In this document: one piece after another, positions 51,137-61,259 of the stretch
How the letters are laid out: every line of letters begins with the position of its first letter
Position numbering within the stretch: the first letter of the stretch is position 1
Assembly: GCA_963833125.1 (NCBI GenBank)
Contig: CAWHWX010000009.1
Span: forward strand, 32,001-96,000
Reading direction: 5' to 3'
DNA: 64,000 nt
Source of the DNA: Candidatus Bathyarchaeota archaeon
GTDB lineage: Archaea > Thermoproteota > Bathyarchaeia > 40CM-2-53-6
Notes under the pieces: model-generated
Database searches by the model: none
What the model was told of the DNA's origin: nothing
What the model saw: only the letters and a program-made list of their open reading frames with translations
Translations under genes and position numbers: made by a program

Positions 51137-52076
51137 ATGAAGAAAGATACATCGAAAAAGGAATACGACCTCGTGATTATCGGCGGAGGACCTGCAGGGC
51201 TAACGGCCGCAGCATACGCAATCAGAAAGCGAATAGAAACAATGCTCATCAGCGAGAACCTCGGAGGAAAGACGAACTACAAGTTCACACTGCCAGGCGT
51301 TGAAACCCACCCAATTATCGATGGCGAGGAACTCGTCAGTAAATTCAAGAGCCAACTCGAATACCTCGACTTCGCCCGTCAGCTAGACAAGGTCACGAAG
51401 ATCGAACGAACAAACGATGAATTCATTGTATCGACTAAAGGCGGCAAGACATTCAACAGCAGGGCAGTGATCATAGCCATTGGCGTAATGCCCATACGAC
51501 TCAACGTCCCTGGAGAACAGGAGTTCTTGGGACGCGGAGTTAGCTATTCGGCAGTAAGCCACGCACCATTATTCATCGACCTTGAAGTAGCAGTTGTAGG
51601 CGATGGAACCACCGCACTTCAAGCCGCAGCTGAGCTCGCACAGATAGCGAAAGGAGTGAAAGTAATTGGAGCGCAAAACAAACTTGCCGAATCTGAGCTA
51701 GGCAAGAGGCTCAAAGCATCCGGCAAAGTAGAATTCTTCATCGACTATGAGGTGAAGGAGATTCGAGGCAAAGCAGCAGTTGAAGAGATACTGATCAAAC
51801 ATAAGACCAACAAGACAGAGAAAGCGCTTAAGGTGAAGGGTGTCTTCGTTGAGTTGGGATACGCGCCCGATACAAGTCTGTACTCGCACATGGTGAAAAC
51901 CACTGCCGAAGGAAGAATCCTGATCAGTGAAAACAACCAGACCAACATACCAGGGCTCTTCGCAGGCCGGAGACATAACCGACGTCAACGCACAGCAAGT
52001 AGTCATCGCAATCGGAGAAGGAGCAAACGCGGCCCTGAGCGCATGCAACTACTTACTGACCCTGAAACCTCGATAG
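51137..52076 (+). CDS. Thioredoxin-reductase-like flavoprotein lacking the CxxC motif (frameshift near 51968)
   Basis: GGGPAG, PGEQEF.GRGVSY and TNIPGLFA(A)GD. The shifted frame gives QQVVIAIGEGANAAL...KPR*. The redox motif position reads SAVS. Confidence 0.85.
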
Positions 52077-52244
52077 ACCGGAATCAACATCCACTGTAGG
52101 TGCACGAAGAGTCCCTCGTCGGAGGGGTAATCCACCGAGTAGAATTGGCGTACTCTCTCCTTCTCTTACCGTTTCTCCAAGCCCCCTTAATACTGAGGCC
52201 AACGCCTCAATTATCGTCAGAACAAAGGGTTAGAGGTGTATACC

Positions 52245-52331
52245 TTGAGGAAGAAGCAGAAAACGAAAATGGTTAGGGCTCAAACTGAACCAATTCAGGC
52301 GTCAAGCCAAAGCCAAGAGCAAGTAGCCTAA
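52245..52331 (+). CDS. Putative small basic protein
   Basis: GAGGTG upstream of TTG. It reads MRKKQKTKMVRAQTEPIQASSQSQEQVA, or MRKKQKRKWLGLKLNQFRRQAKAKSK if one A of an A-run is removed. Confidence 0.4.
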   Translation: MRKKQKTKMVRAQTEPIQASSQSQEQVA

Positions 52332-52376
52332 AGCGACAGAATACGACCAATTCAATTGCAAGATATCCTTGCCTAG

Positions 52377-53775
52377 CTACGTCCAATCGGTATGAAACTG
52401 CCCCGGCTTATCTAACCGCTCATATCCATGTGCACCGAAACGGTCTCGAAGTATCTGAATGAGGTTTGCGGGTAGACGATCGCTGCGGTAGCTATCGTAG
52501 TAGTCCAACGAAGCTCCAATCGCTGGAACTGGCAAACCTGCCTCCTTAGCTGTCTTGACCGAGTCGCGCCACCGATTCTCTAAGCCGGCAAGTAACTTTG
52601 CGAACGCTTGGTCCATCATGAGATTCGGGAGTTGGCCGTTGATTTCGAAAGCATGCTGGATAGGATTGAGCATGCGAGCGCGGATTATGCAGCCCCCTTT
52701 CCAAATTCGAGCGACATCTGAGAGTGGAATCATATATTGATATTCTTTGGATGCAGCGTGCATCAGATGAAAGCCTTGAGCATAGGACATACAGATTGAG
52801 GCCCGTACTGCGCCTTCTAATCTTTCCGTGAAGTTCCCTGGAACCGAGACTTGATGAGGCTTTCTGAGTGGCTTGAATATTTCAGCGGCCTTCGTACGTT
52901 CTTCTTTCAAACCTGAGAGGTTCCGTGCGCTGACCGCTGCGTCTATGGTGGGGGTTGGTATACCTAGGTCCATTGCGTTTTGCGAAGTCCACTTGCCTGT
53001 CCCTTTTTGTTGGGCCCGGTCCAGAATCAATGAAACTAGTGGACGCTTTGTCGTTGGATCAACCTTCCCAAGAACTTCCACGGCGATCTCCATCAGAAAC
53101 GAGCCGAGTTCACCCTCATTCCATTCGTTGAAGACGTTTCGTGCCTGCTTAAGATTCAGGCCGGCTCCGCGTGTGAGCAGGTCGTATGCCTCTGCGATAA
53201 TTTGGATTATGGCGTATTCGATTCCATTGTGAACCATCTTAACGTAGTGACCTGCTCCTCTAGGGCCAAGATATTCACAGCAGGGCCCATCAACTTGGGC
53301 CGCTACGCGTCCCAACAATTCACGAACTATCTCGTACCCTTCTCGCGGCCCTCCGACCATAATGCAAGGACCTTTGAGAGCCCCCTCTTCTCCGCCGCTG
53401 ACACCAACGCCAAGGAAGTGGATTCCTTGCTTTTCCATGTCGGTGCATCTTCGCTCAGTATCCTGGAAGAACGAATTACCACCATCTATTACGACGTCTC
53501 CACTCGAGAGAAGCCCCGTTAAGCTCGTGAGAGTTGCATCAACTGGTGATCCGGCCGTCACCATGAGGAAAATCCGACGGGGCTGTTTGAGTTGGTTAAC
53601 GAATTTCTCTAGTGAATATTCCGCCAAGAATCCCAGGATACTTTCCAACGAATTCGCGGGTCTTTTCTCCTGTTCGATTATAGATGACAACCGAGTAGCC
53701 GTGGTTTTGTATATTTCGGGCTAGGTTTTGCCCCATGACTCCCAGCCCGATCAGGCCTATGTCTCCACCGACCAA
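52377..53775 (-). CDS. gnd: 6-phosphogluconate dehydrogenase, decarboxylating, long type (N-terminal frameshifts)
   Basis: TTG at 53775 gives MVGGDIGLIGLGVMGQNLA...YNR. Downstream motifs are IDGGNS, GVSGGEEGA, VKMVHNGIEY, QKGTGKWT, GCIIRA and RDRFGAH. Confidence 0.95.
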
Positions 53776-53822
53776 TCCTCATCCTCCAGCTACTCTCTCC
53801 GTGACTGGAGTTGGAAAAAGGT

Positions 53823-54935
53823 TCAGGTCCGTCGAGAAGAACGTCTACGTCGTCGTGTTCGCGAGCGGCGACGTCTTGAGGGCTTGGTCTTCCTTCGGCG
53901 GACGACGAGGTATGCTATGACAATTGCGGCAACAGCGACGAGTATGATTCCTCCTGGAACGGTGTAGTCGATCTGCCAAACCGCGGTTAGGGTGTGGGGT
54001 TTATCCATCGAAATAGTTCCATTCGGTGAATTGGTGACGAGTTGACTGTTCTCGTACCAGCCTTGGAATGTTGACTTCGCCCCTATCTCTCCGAGTGGGC
54101 CCGTAATTGGTTGATACTGGTTCGTGGAGAATGTTGCGACGGAGTCGGCGTCATACCATCCCCCTCCTGTGGCATTTTCGCCTGCTCCAACTAGGGTCAG
54201 TAAGTGCTGAGTTACGTAGATCGCCTCGAGGCTCATGTTACCTGTTACTGTTACTGTGTCAATTGTTCCAAGAGTCCCATCAGACCAGTGATCAAATCTC
54301 AATCGAGTCGTTGGGTCGACTTGCGCGAGGGATGGCACTGTGATATTATGTGGGCCTAACGCTACGCCCACGGCAGCTGGGCCGGGGGTTTGTTCTATGC
54401 CATCTACTGAGACGGCCACAGGCCCGGGCACGACGACGCTCAACGTGACCCCTGTCAGGTCGATGCTAAAGATGGTACTGCTCGTTGAACCCGAGACGAG
54501 ATTGCCTTGACTGTCTAGAAGGGTGGAGGTAATATTCAGTTGCCACATACCTGGCCCATGTTTCTCGCCAAAGATGCCGCCAATTTGAAATTCAATGTGT
54601 TCAACTCCGGATGCGGCGGAAATCTTGATGAAACAAACAGCGCCCAATTCGCCCTGATTCACGCAAGGGTCGGTAGAAGAGATAACGAAGCCAGGAACGA
54701 TGCTCTGAGGAGAAGCTCCGGCGTCAAGTATTCCAACGACGAGCTGGTAACCAGGGGTCGTGTCGTTATAGTATACAGTTGCTGTCACAGGTATAGGCTC
54801 CTGACCCCCGGCGACACCCGAGGACGGGTGAACTACTTGGTAAATTTTAGTTGCCTGAACTGCCTGAACGTTCGAGTACCCGGAGATAATGACAACTAGG
54901 AACAAGCAGATAATTAGAGCATTAGAGGCCTTCAA
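53823..54935 (-). CDS. Secreted surface protein with a C-terminal TM helix and a long Arg-rich tail
   Basis: Signal peptide; FDHWSDG, GGGWY and FQGWY repeat modules; ends VVRRRKTKPSRRRRSRTRRRRRSSRRT. Confidence 0.8.
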   Translation of the reverse strand: MKASNALIICLFLVVIISGYSNVQAVQATKIYQVVHPSSGVAGGQEPIPVTATVYYNDTTPGYQLVVGILDAGASPQSIVPGFVISSTDPCVNQGELGAVCFIKISAASGVEHIEFQIGGIFGEKHGPGMWQLNITSTLLDSQGNLVSGSTSSTIFSIDLTGVTLSVVVPGPVAVSVDGIEQTPGPAAVGVALGPHNITVPSLAQVDPTTRLRFDHWSDGTLGTIDTVTVTGNMSLEAIYVTQHLLTLVGAGENATGGGWYDADSVATFSTNQYQPITGPLGEIGAKSTFQGWYENSQLVTNSPNGTISMDKPHTLTAVWQIDYTVPGGIILVAVAAIVIAYLVVRRRKTKPSRRRRSRTRRRRRSSRRT

Positions 54936-55069
54936 CGATCAACCACCCAAACGGTGTAGCTTCGCTGCAGCATCTGGAAGAAATCCCTTCCGGTAAGGGA
55001 AAGATCTGAATTTAGCGATACGCTAAGCATTCGATCGTTTGGAGAGCATTATCGTAGTGCTTTTCGGCG

Positions 55070-57910
55070 TTAATGGTGCAGAAGTTTAGCAACCCTGTTT
55101 GATGTGGCCAGGGCGGCTAGGGTTAGGGTTGAGAGGACGATTGTCGCTGAGCTGATCATCAGTAGAGTTGATGATGCTAGAGCTTCACCAATTGCGAGAG
55201 CGGAAATTCCACCCAACAGGGCGAACGAGAGATATTTCTCCATCGCAGCCAAACTGCGGAACCGTCGCACTCTCGATCGTATCAGGCTGAGTGGTAACCC
55301 GAGGTAGAAGGCGCCGATTAGACTACTTGCAATCAAGCCGGACAGTAAAACTGCTAGTTCTGGGAAGCTGGCTGTTGTGGAGTAAAAGTTCGATGTTAGG
55401 TAGAGGATGCCTACAAGCGGGTAGAGTACAACCTTCATTATCGCTCGTTCCGCTGAATGTGAGGATATGTAGTTCGCCACTCCAGGACTGAAGGAGTAGT
55501 ACCAGGCGTTGAACAGGGCCATGAAGCTTGACCCTGCCTGAGTCTTCATGATTGAGTTGTCGCGGAAGTTGCGGAGGAGCTGAACTTCCGGCGCGACTTG
55601 AGAGCCGTATGTTGCTGTGGCGATCAAGCAGACCGGGGCGCCCGCGGCTGAGGACGTTGTGCTGGTGCTAGTTGTTGCTGGCGTCGTAATCAGAACACCT
55701 ACGTTGGCGCTGTGAATCAACGCACCGCTCGTTCCAGTGACCTGCACTGTAAACGAACCCGTTGATGAGGATGCTGACGCAGTGATCGTAAGGGTTGAAG
55801 TTGCTGGTGTTGCAGTCGGAGTCACCGGTCCAGGAAGACCTACCGAAACTCCAGTAGGGGCTGTGCCAATCCATGAATAGCTCAACGCAACAGCTGAATT
55901 GAATCCGTTAATTGCGCTAACACTAATCGTTGACGTTCCAGTTCCACCTTGAGTAAGCGATACGGTGCCCGGGGCGCCGCCGATTGTGAAGTCTGGCGTT
56001 ACGGTGATGGTTAGCATGAAAGACTGCGAATGAGTTAGGCTGCCGCTTGTGCCAGTGATGGTTATGGTTGACGTTGCAGCTGGAGTTCCTGAGTCAACGC
56101 TAATCGTCGCCGTCGAAGTAATCGTCCCGCCCGCAGGTGGCGTGACAGGGTTGGATGAAAACGACACGTGCACGCCGGAGGGCAAGGAGCCGGGGCTCAG
56201 ATTGACAGGTGAATTGAACGACCCAAGAGATGTCACCATCACGGTTTCATCTGATGAGCTTCCCGCGGCAACGCTGAGAGTTGGTGCGCTGAGTGATAAT
56301 CCGAAATCGGCGCCAGATGTCACGGTAAGTGTAAAACTGGTTGAGTGAGTTGTGGAACCCCCTGTTCCGCTGATGGTAATTGTGCTTGACCCAACCGCGG
56401 CGCTAGGTCCAACGTTAACGGTCAGTGTCGATGCCGCGGAACCTCCTGACGGAATGTTAATCGGGTTTGGAGCGAATGTTGAGAATGTCACGCCGGATGG
56501 AACTGAGCCCGTAATCGACAATGTAACAGAACCCGAGTAGCTAAGAATACTCGTGCCGGTAATAGTGATCATGCCTGAAGCGCCTTGACCTACCGAAATC
56601 GTTCCAGGAGCGGCGCCGATGCTGAAATCGGGTTGAGAAAGACTAAGTTCCGCAATCTTGTTAGCATTAGACTCCGTTATCCAAACATTTCCGGAAGAAT
56701 CAACCACCAAATCGTGCGGGCCGCTTGTCTGGCTCAGAGCCCATTCCGTGAAGGAACCAGTAGTGGTCCCAGTGTTACTGCTCGAAGTCGGCGAAACGGT
56801 ATTCGATGTGGGCGGGAACGGGCCTAGTACGGCGGGCGTAATCGTTGTCTTCGTGCCTGCAAATACTTGTGTGACAGGGAGACCGGGATAGGACACGGTA
56901 CCACCCGTGGAGGGATCTAGCACGGCAACCTTAGCGGCTCCTGAGCCAGCGTGAGCATATTCGGCGGCCCAAGGTTGCTGAGTAAGCGGACTGATGTTGA
57001 TACCCCGTAGATCAGCCCCAGCCGAAGGAACCTGCCAATCCTTGAAAGTGCCGTCCCCGCGTAGGACGCCGATATAGTTGTTAGGGTCACTCGCGCTGTT
57101 TGGGACATCCTGTGTGTACCAAGCTTGCCCCAGCGTGTCGACAGATACGAAGGCTCCCGTTGCGGATCCATGAGACGGAAGTGCCCATGAAGAAAACTGA
57201 TTAGTTCCCCTGTCAAATCGTACAAGGGCGTTAGCCCCGGCGAACCAGACTGTTCCAGGCCCCGCGTAGACACCGTTTGCTACTCCGCCCGCGGCGGCGG
57301 GAAGCGTACCCTCGTAAACATCTGCCGTGGAGATGCTGGGATCGTAAACCAATTCTCCAACAGCATTTCTACCCGGTTCACTGAACCAAGCCCTTTCTTG
57401 TGCTCCAGGCGGTTCAACTGAAATCTGTTCTGGGAAGGAACTTGCAGTTGGAAGAGTATACTCTTTGATGATATTTCCGCTAGGGAAGAGGATGAAGATC
57501 TTGTTTCCATTACCCTCCGCCCCAAAAATCGCAGTTTGACCTGAGACTGTCGCTGCCGCTATACCAAGCGGTTGGGAGCTGGCGGTTGGAATCGCCCATT
57601 CCTGAAAGGTGTTGGTCAAAGGGTTAAAGTGTGCAACGTTATTGCCGGAGGATTCAGCAAACCAACAGCAATTTCCGGCGGGGTCAAGGATGATATTGTA
57701 CGGACCGCTATTTGCTGTAGGTACGGTCCATTCGGTTAATGTCGCGGAGGTTGGTGCGGCATAGGCCGGTGGGGCAAGATTTGCCAATACTGATGCAGAA
57801 GCTGGAGATATGATGACGAGGCAGATTACCGTCAATGCCTTCGCGTAAATTACTTGCATCTTGCTTGCATGACCTGCCCTATTGAAAATTAAGTGCATTA
57901 CTAGAACCAA
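55070..57910 (-). CDS. Surface protein: Vgb-lyase-like propeller, 3 Ig-like repeats and a CFI-box-CTERM domain
   Basis: EWxIPTAxSxP blades; PDFSI/ADFGL/PDFTI modules; CLIATATYGS..APEVQ.LR.FRD...AG..F...FNAWYYSFSP; then TM helices. Confidence 0.88.
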   Translation of the reverse strand: MVLVMHLIFNRAGHASKMQVIYAKALTVICLVIISPASASVLANLAPPAYAAPTSATLTEWTVPTANSGPYNIILDPAGNCCWFAESSGNNVAHFNPLTNTFQEWAIPTASSQPLGIAAATVSGQTAIFGAEGNGNKIFILFPSGNIIKEYTLPTASSFPEQISVEPPGAQERAWFSEPGRNAVGELVYDPSISTADVYEGTLPAAAGGVANGVYAGPGTVWFAGANALVRFDRGTNQFSSWALPSHGSATGAFVSVDTLGQAWYTQDVPNSASDPNNYIGVLRGDGTFKDWQVPSAGADLRGINISPLTQQPWAAEYAHAGSGAAKVAVLDPSTGGTVSYPGLPVTQVFAGTKTTITPAVLGPFPPTSNTVSPTSSSNTGTTTGSFTEWALSQTSGPHDLVVDSSGNVWITESNANKIAELSLSQPDFSIGAAPGTISVGQGASGMITITGTSILSYSGSVTLSITGSVPSGVTFSTFAPNPINIPSGGSAASTLTVNVGPSAAVGSSTITISGTGGSTTHSTSFTLTVTSGADFGLSLSAPTLSVAAGSSSDETVMVTSLGSFNSPVNLSPGSLPSGVHVSFSSNPVTPPAGGTITSTATISVDSGTPAATSTITITGTSGSLTHSQSFMLTITVTPDFTIGGAPGTVSLTQGGTGTSTISVSAINGFNSAVALSYSWIGTAPTGVSVGLPGPVTPTATPATSTLTITASASSSTGSFTVQVTGTSGALIHSANVGVLITTPATTSTSTTSSAAGAPVCLIATATYGSQVAPEVQLLRNFRDNSIMKTQAGSSFMALFNAWYYSFSPGVANYISSHSAERAIMKVVLYPLVGILYLTSNFYSTTASFPELAVLLSGLIASSLIGAFYLGLPLSLIRSRVRRFRSLAAMEKYLSFALLGGISALAIGEALASSTLLMISSATIVLSTLTLAALATSNRVAKLLHH

Positions 57911-58215
57911 CTATAATCTGAATCATCCAGAAGTGAATATATGCTTTCCACCCCCAAACGCCCATGCCGACAGTGTAGATTCAACTGTACATGTGAGATT
58001 CAACGCGTCGGTGGCCTTGGGGCAGATTCGTCTTTTCGAAAGAGACTAGATATGGTTGTTCATCACGTGAGGAAGGCAACTGGCTTCCGCATTTGTACCT
58101 ACCATCATAAGCCGCTGTGTAGATCTTCTAACCTGCTCGCTTGCAAACTCTGAGCCAGATTAAAAGTATCGGAAACCATTAGTAAATCAGGTAGAAACTC
58201 TATCTAGGGAAACTC

Positions 58216-59100
58216 TTGGATCCTCAATTCTCTGATGGCTTTGTGACTGTTCTGGGCCACAAGCTGTTCTACAAAACCATCGGCGAACCGGAGAACGATA
58301 CGATTCTATGCCTTCATGGCGGTCCTGGGGGAACACATGATTACATGTTGCCGCTCGCCGATTTGGCGCAGTACGGTTACCGAGTGATCTTCTTTGATCA
58401 GATAGGGTGCGGGAAATCAGAATTGCCGAAGAATATCACTCTCTTCACGGTTGAGCGAGCGGTTGAGGAGGTTGAGGGAATGCGCCAAGTTCTGTGGTTG
58501 GGGAAGGTTAACTTGGTTGGATCAAGTTGGGGAGGCATGCTCGCCATAGCGTACGCATTGAAGTATCAAAGACATCTGAAAAGCATGATTACGATAGGTG
58601 GGCTGGCAAGCGTTCCCCTCACAACTGCCGAGATGGAGAGAATGAAAAGGGAACTCCCGATCGAGGTTGTGGAGGTTTTGAATAAGTACGAAAGCGAGGG
58701 AGACTTCGAAAACCATGAATATCAGAAAGCTGTTGAGGTATTCTACCAGCTACATCTTTGCAGGTTACCACAATGGCCCGAAGAATTAGTCCACACCCTT
58801 GAACACGTGAGTCGGCCGGTCTATCACACAATGAATGGACCTAACGAATTCGCAATCATAGGGAATATTCGGTACTGGGACGCTACCAGTCAACTTCACA
58901 AGATTCGAGTCCCAACCCTCGTGACGGGTGGAAGGTACGATGAAGTATCCCCGAAGGTCGCGAGAAGCATCCACAGAGGGATAAAACGCTCCAAACTAGT
59001 CACCTTCCCCAATAGCTCGCACCTACCATTCTGGGAAGAACGAGAGAAGTTCATGGGAGTAGTTCGACGTTTCCTGGATAACGTCAATGAACCCGTCTAA
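58216..59100 (+). CDS. pip: Proline iminopeptidase (tricorn-interacting F1-like)
   Basis: HGGPG, DQIGCGKS, GSSWGG, MNGPNEF, GRYDE and SSH. Confidence 0.93.
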   Translation: MDPQFSDGFVTVLGHKLFYKTIGEPENDTILCLHGGPGGTHDYMLPLADLAQYGYRVIFFDQIGCGKSELPKNITLFTVERAVEEVEGMRQVLWLGKVNLVGSSWGGMLAIAYALKYQRHLKSMITIGGLASVPLTTAEMERMKRELPIEVVEVLNKYESEGDFENHEYQKAVEVFYQLHLCRLPQWPEELVHTLEHVSRPVYHTMNGPNEFAIIGNIRYWDATSQLHKIRVPTLVTGGRYDEVSPKVARSIHRGIKRSKLVTFPNSSHLPFWEEREKFMGVVRRFLDNVNEPV

Positions 59101-59108
59101 CTGAAGGA

Positions 59109-59567
59109 TTGGCATCAAAATTGGCGCTTGACAGTTACAAGAAGAAAAGGAACCTCTCACGCACCCCCGAGCCCGGTCCAAAGATCAAGAAGACTGAGCA
59201 AAATCGGTTCGTGGTGCAGGAACATCGAGCAACTCGTTTGCATTGGGACTTCAGGTTAGAGTTGGATGGAGTGCTGAAGAGCTGGGCTGTTCCAAAGGGG
59301 CCGCCCGAGGAACCCGGCTTGCGAAGATTGGCGGTCGAAGTTGAAGATCACCCCGTTGACTACATCACTTTCGAAGGCACAATCCCTCAAGGCGGATATG
59401 GAGCGGGCACCGTTAAGATTTGGGACAAAGGGAGCTTCAGGCTGAAGATAAGGACGAAAGACATGTACGAATTCTGGCTCAAGGGCAAGCGGTTGAATGG
59501 TAAATATGCCCTGGTTCGGTTCAAAGAAAAAAATTGGTTACTGTTGAAAACGAAAACTGATGATTAA
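59109..59567 (+). CDS. Stand-alone LigD 3'-phosphoesterase (PE)
   Basis: FVVQEHRATRLHWDFRLE, LKSWAVPKGP, EDHPVDY..FEG.IP and YGAG.V.IWD.G. Confidence 0.95.
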   Translation: MASKLALDSYKKKRNLSRTPEPGPKIKKTEQNRFVVQEHRATRLHWDFRLELDGVLKSWAVPKGPPEEPGLRRLAVEVEDHPVDYITFEGTIPQGGYGAGTVKIWDKGSFRLKIRTKDMYEFWLKGKRLNGKYALVRFKEKNWLLLKTKTDD

Positions 59568-60286
59568 CGGATCAACATTTTATTGAAATCAGCTGCTAGG
59601 TTAGCCGCATCACCAGTCTCGTCATGCATGAAGTAGACGAAACAGTTCTCTAGGTCACTTGCGAACTTCTTTAGTTTCTCTGACCATTCCTTCAGGTCAC
59701 TTTTAGAATAGCGTTCATGGCGAAGCCTCGCATAAGTGAAGTTGGCCGTCTTCTCGAATATGGGTTTCATATCTTCGGTATCTGCAATGCATAGGGCAGC
59801 GTTGTATTTCGACAATAGGTTGTTCAATTTGTCACCGAACCAAGAGTTGTGTCGAAACTCGATCGCAATCGAAGCCCAATCAGGTTTCTCTCGGAGAAAT
59901 GTTTCGAGCGTCTCGTAATCCTGTTTCATATACGGTGGTAGCTGTACGAGTACACATCCCAGCTTCGCCTCTACTGGCTTCAACCCTTTCAGAAAGAACT
60001 CAAACTCAGTCTTAGCTCCCTTGAGTTTCTTGAAGTGAGTAATTTTGCGGCTCGCTTTGAAACTGAACCGAAAATCCTGGGGTGTGGAATTGGCCCACTT
60101 CGAGGTCGTTGTTTGCGTCGGCATGTGGTAGAAGCTTGAATTTACCTCCACCGAATTCAACTTCTTAGCGTAAGCCTCTAACATCTCATTCGACTTAGTG
60201 GTTTCAGGGTAGAAGACTCCCTTCCAGCTGGCATAACTGAACCCCGACACGCCGACCCAAAACCGCGCCATCATATTCACACTCAC
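59564..60286 (-). CDS. DUF72 family protein
   Basis: GVSGFSY..WKG.FYP, VEVNSSFY, FKASRKITH, QLPP, EFRH.SW and YARLR. Confidence 0.95.
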   Translation of the reverse strand: MSVNMMARFWVGVSGFSYASWKGVFYPETTKSNEMLEAYAKKLNSVEVNSSFYHMPTQTTTSKWANSTPQDFRFSFKASRKITHFKKLKGAKTEFEFFLKGLKPVEAKLGCVLVQLPPYMKQDYETLETFLREKPDWASIAIEFRHNSWFGDKLNNLLSKYNAALCIADTEDMKPIFEKTANFTYARLRHERYSKSDLKEWSEKLKKFASDLENCFVYFMHDETGDAANLAADFNKMLIR

Positions 60287-60302
60287 TGGGATCCGGCTGG
60301 AT

Positions 60303-61259
60303 TTACAATATACACTCTGATGGCGTTTTGTCGAAGCGAAACCTCTCGAACCTAGGTAGCCGGAGCTTGCGATCCCTCGTCATGTTCATGTAACCAACTT
60401 CAACCACTAACCGAGGTTTCACCCATCTGATAGGAGCTGGAGCTTTGACCTCGCCCGGGACTGTTTTAGTTTTCGTTTGCAGAGGCCTCAATAGTTTCAT
60501 TACGCTAAGAATCGTGGCGTCTGTAAATCCCGTCCCCACGTTTCCTAAATGAGTGATCTTTCCATTTCTTTCGTACGCTGCCAATACGAGTGCGCCGAAG
60601 GTTGATGATCGTGAACCCCCGCCTTCCGTGTAACCCACGACGACGCAATCAAGCGTCTTAACCTGTTTCAGCTTGAGCCAGTCTTCGCTTCTGGTGCCGA
60701 TCTGGTAGGGGGAGTCAGCCTTCTTGGCCATGGCTCCTTCGAACCCGAGCTTTAATGCGTTTTTGAAGTAGGATTTTCCTTGCGAAGGAACATACTGGCT
60801 CAGTAGCATGTGAGGCCCGTTGGCGATTATCTTTCCCAGTTTTTGCCTACGATCTGTCAGGGGGCTATTTACGAGGTCTCGGCCGTTCAAATGTAAAAGG
60901 TCGAAGGCGATGTACGTGGTAGGCATGTTTCTGGAGAGCCTTCTAATCTGGATGGGATCGTTCGCTCCGAAACGGAACTGGAGTAGTTCAAAACTAGGTA
61001 ATCCCTTTTCGAGCACAACGATTTCCCCATCGAGAATAGCGCTGTTCGTCTTGACGTTGCTGGCAATTGTTTCGAGTTCGGGGTATGATTTCGTGACGGT
61101 TCTCAAATTGCGGTTTTGAAGCTCCACTTTACGGTCTTTGAAGTAGGCAATGCAGCGCATGCCGTCCCATTTCGGTTCGAAAACGTGTTGCTCAGAATCA
61201 AACGGGTCTGCTGTTTGCGCCAGCATTGGGCGAATGTTGCGTTCGTCCAGTAACGTCAA
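60303..61259 (-). CDS. ligD: NHEJ ATP-dependent DNA ligase (LigD ligase domain)
   Basis: PMLA, EPKWDGMR, LDGEIV, FDLL, EGAMAK, WLKLK, VGTGF and LRLPRF..FR.DK. Confidence 0.95.
   Translation of the reverse strand: MTLLDERNIRPMLAQTADPFDSEQHVFEPKWDGMRCIAYFKDRKVELQNRNLRTVTKSYPELETIASNVKTNSAILDGEIVVLEKGLPSFELLQFRFGANDPIQIRRLSRNMPTTYIAFDLLHLNGRDLVNSPLTDRRQKLGKIIANGPHMLLSQYVPSQGKSYFKNALKLGFEGAMAKKADSPYQIGTRSEDWLKLKQVKTLDCVVVGYTEGGGSRSSTFGALVLAAYERNGKITHLGNVGTGFTDATILSVMKLLRPLQTKTKTVPGEVKAPAPIRWVKPRLVVEVGYMNMTRDRKLRLPRFERFRFDKTPSECIL

Noticed and set aside
52100-52200. Structured RNA (hairpins ccctc/gaggg and gagta/tactc)
   Set aside because: The stems are short enough to arise by chance, and there is no recognisable family motif.
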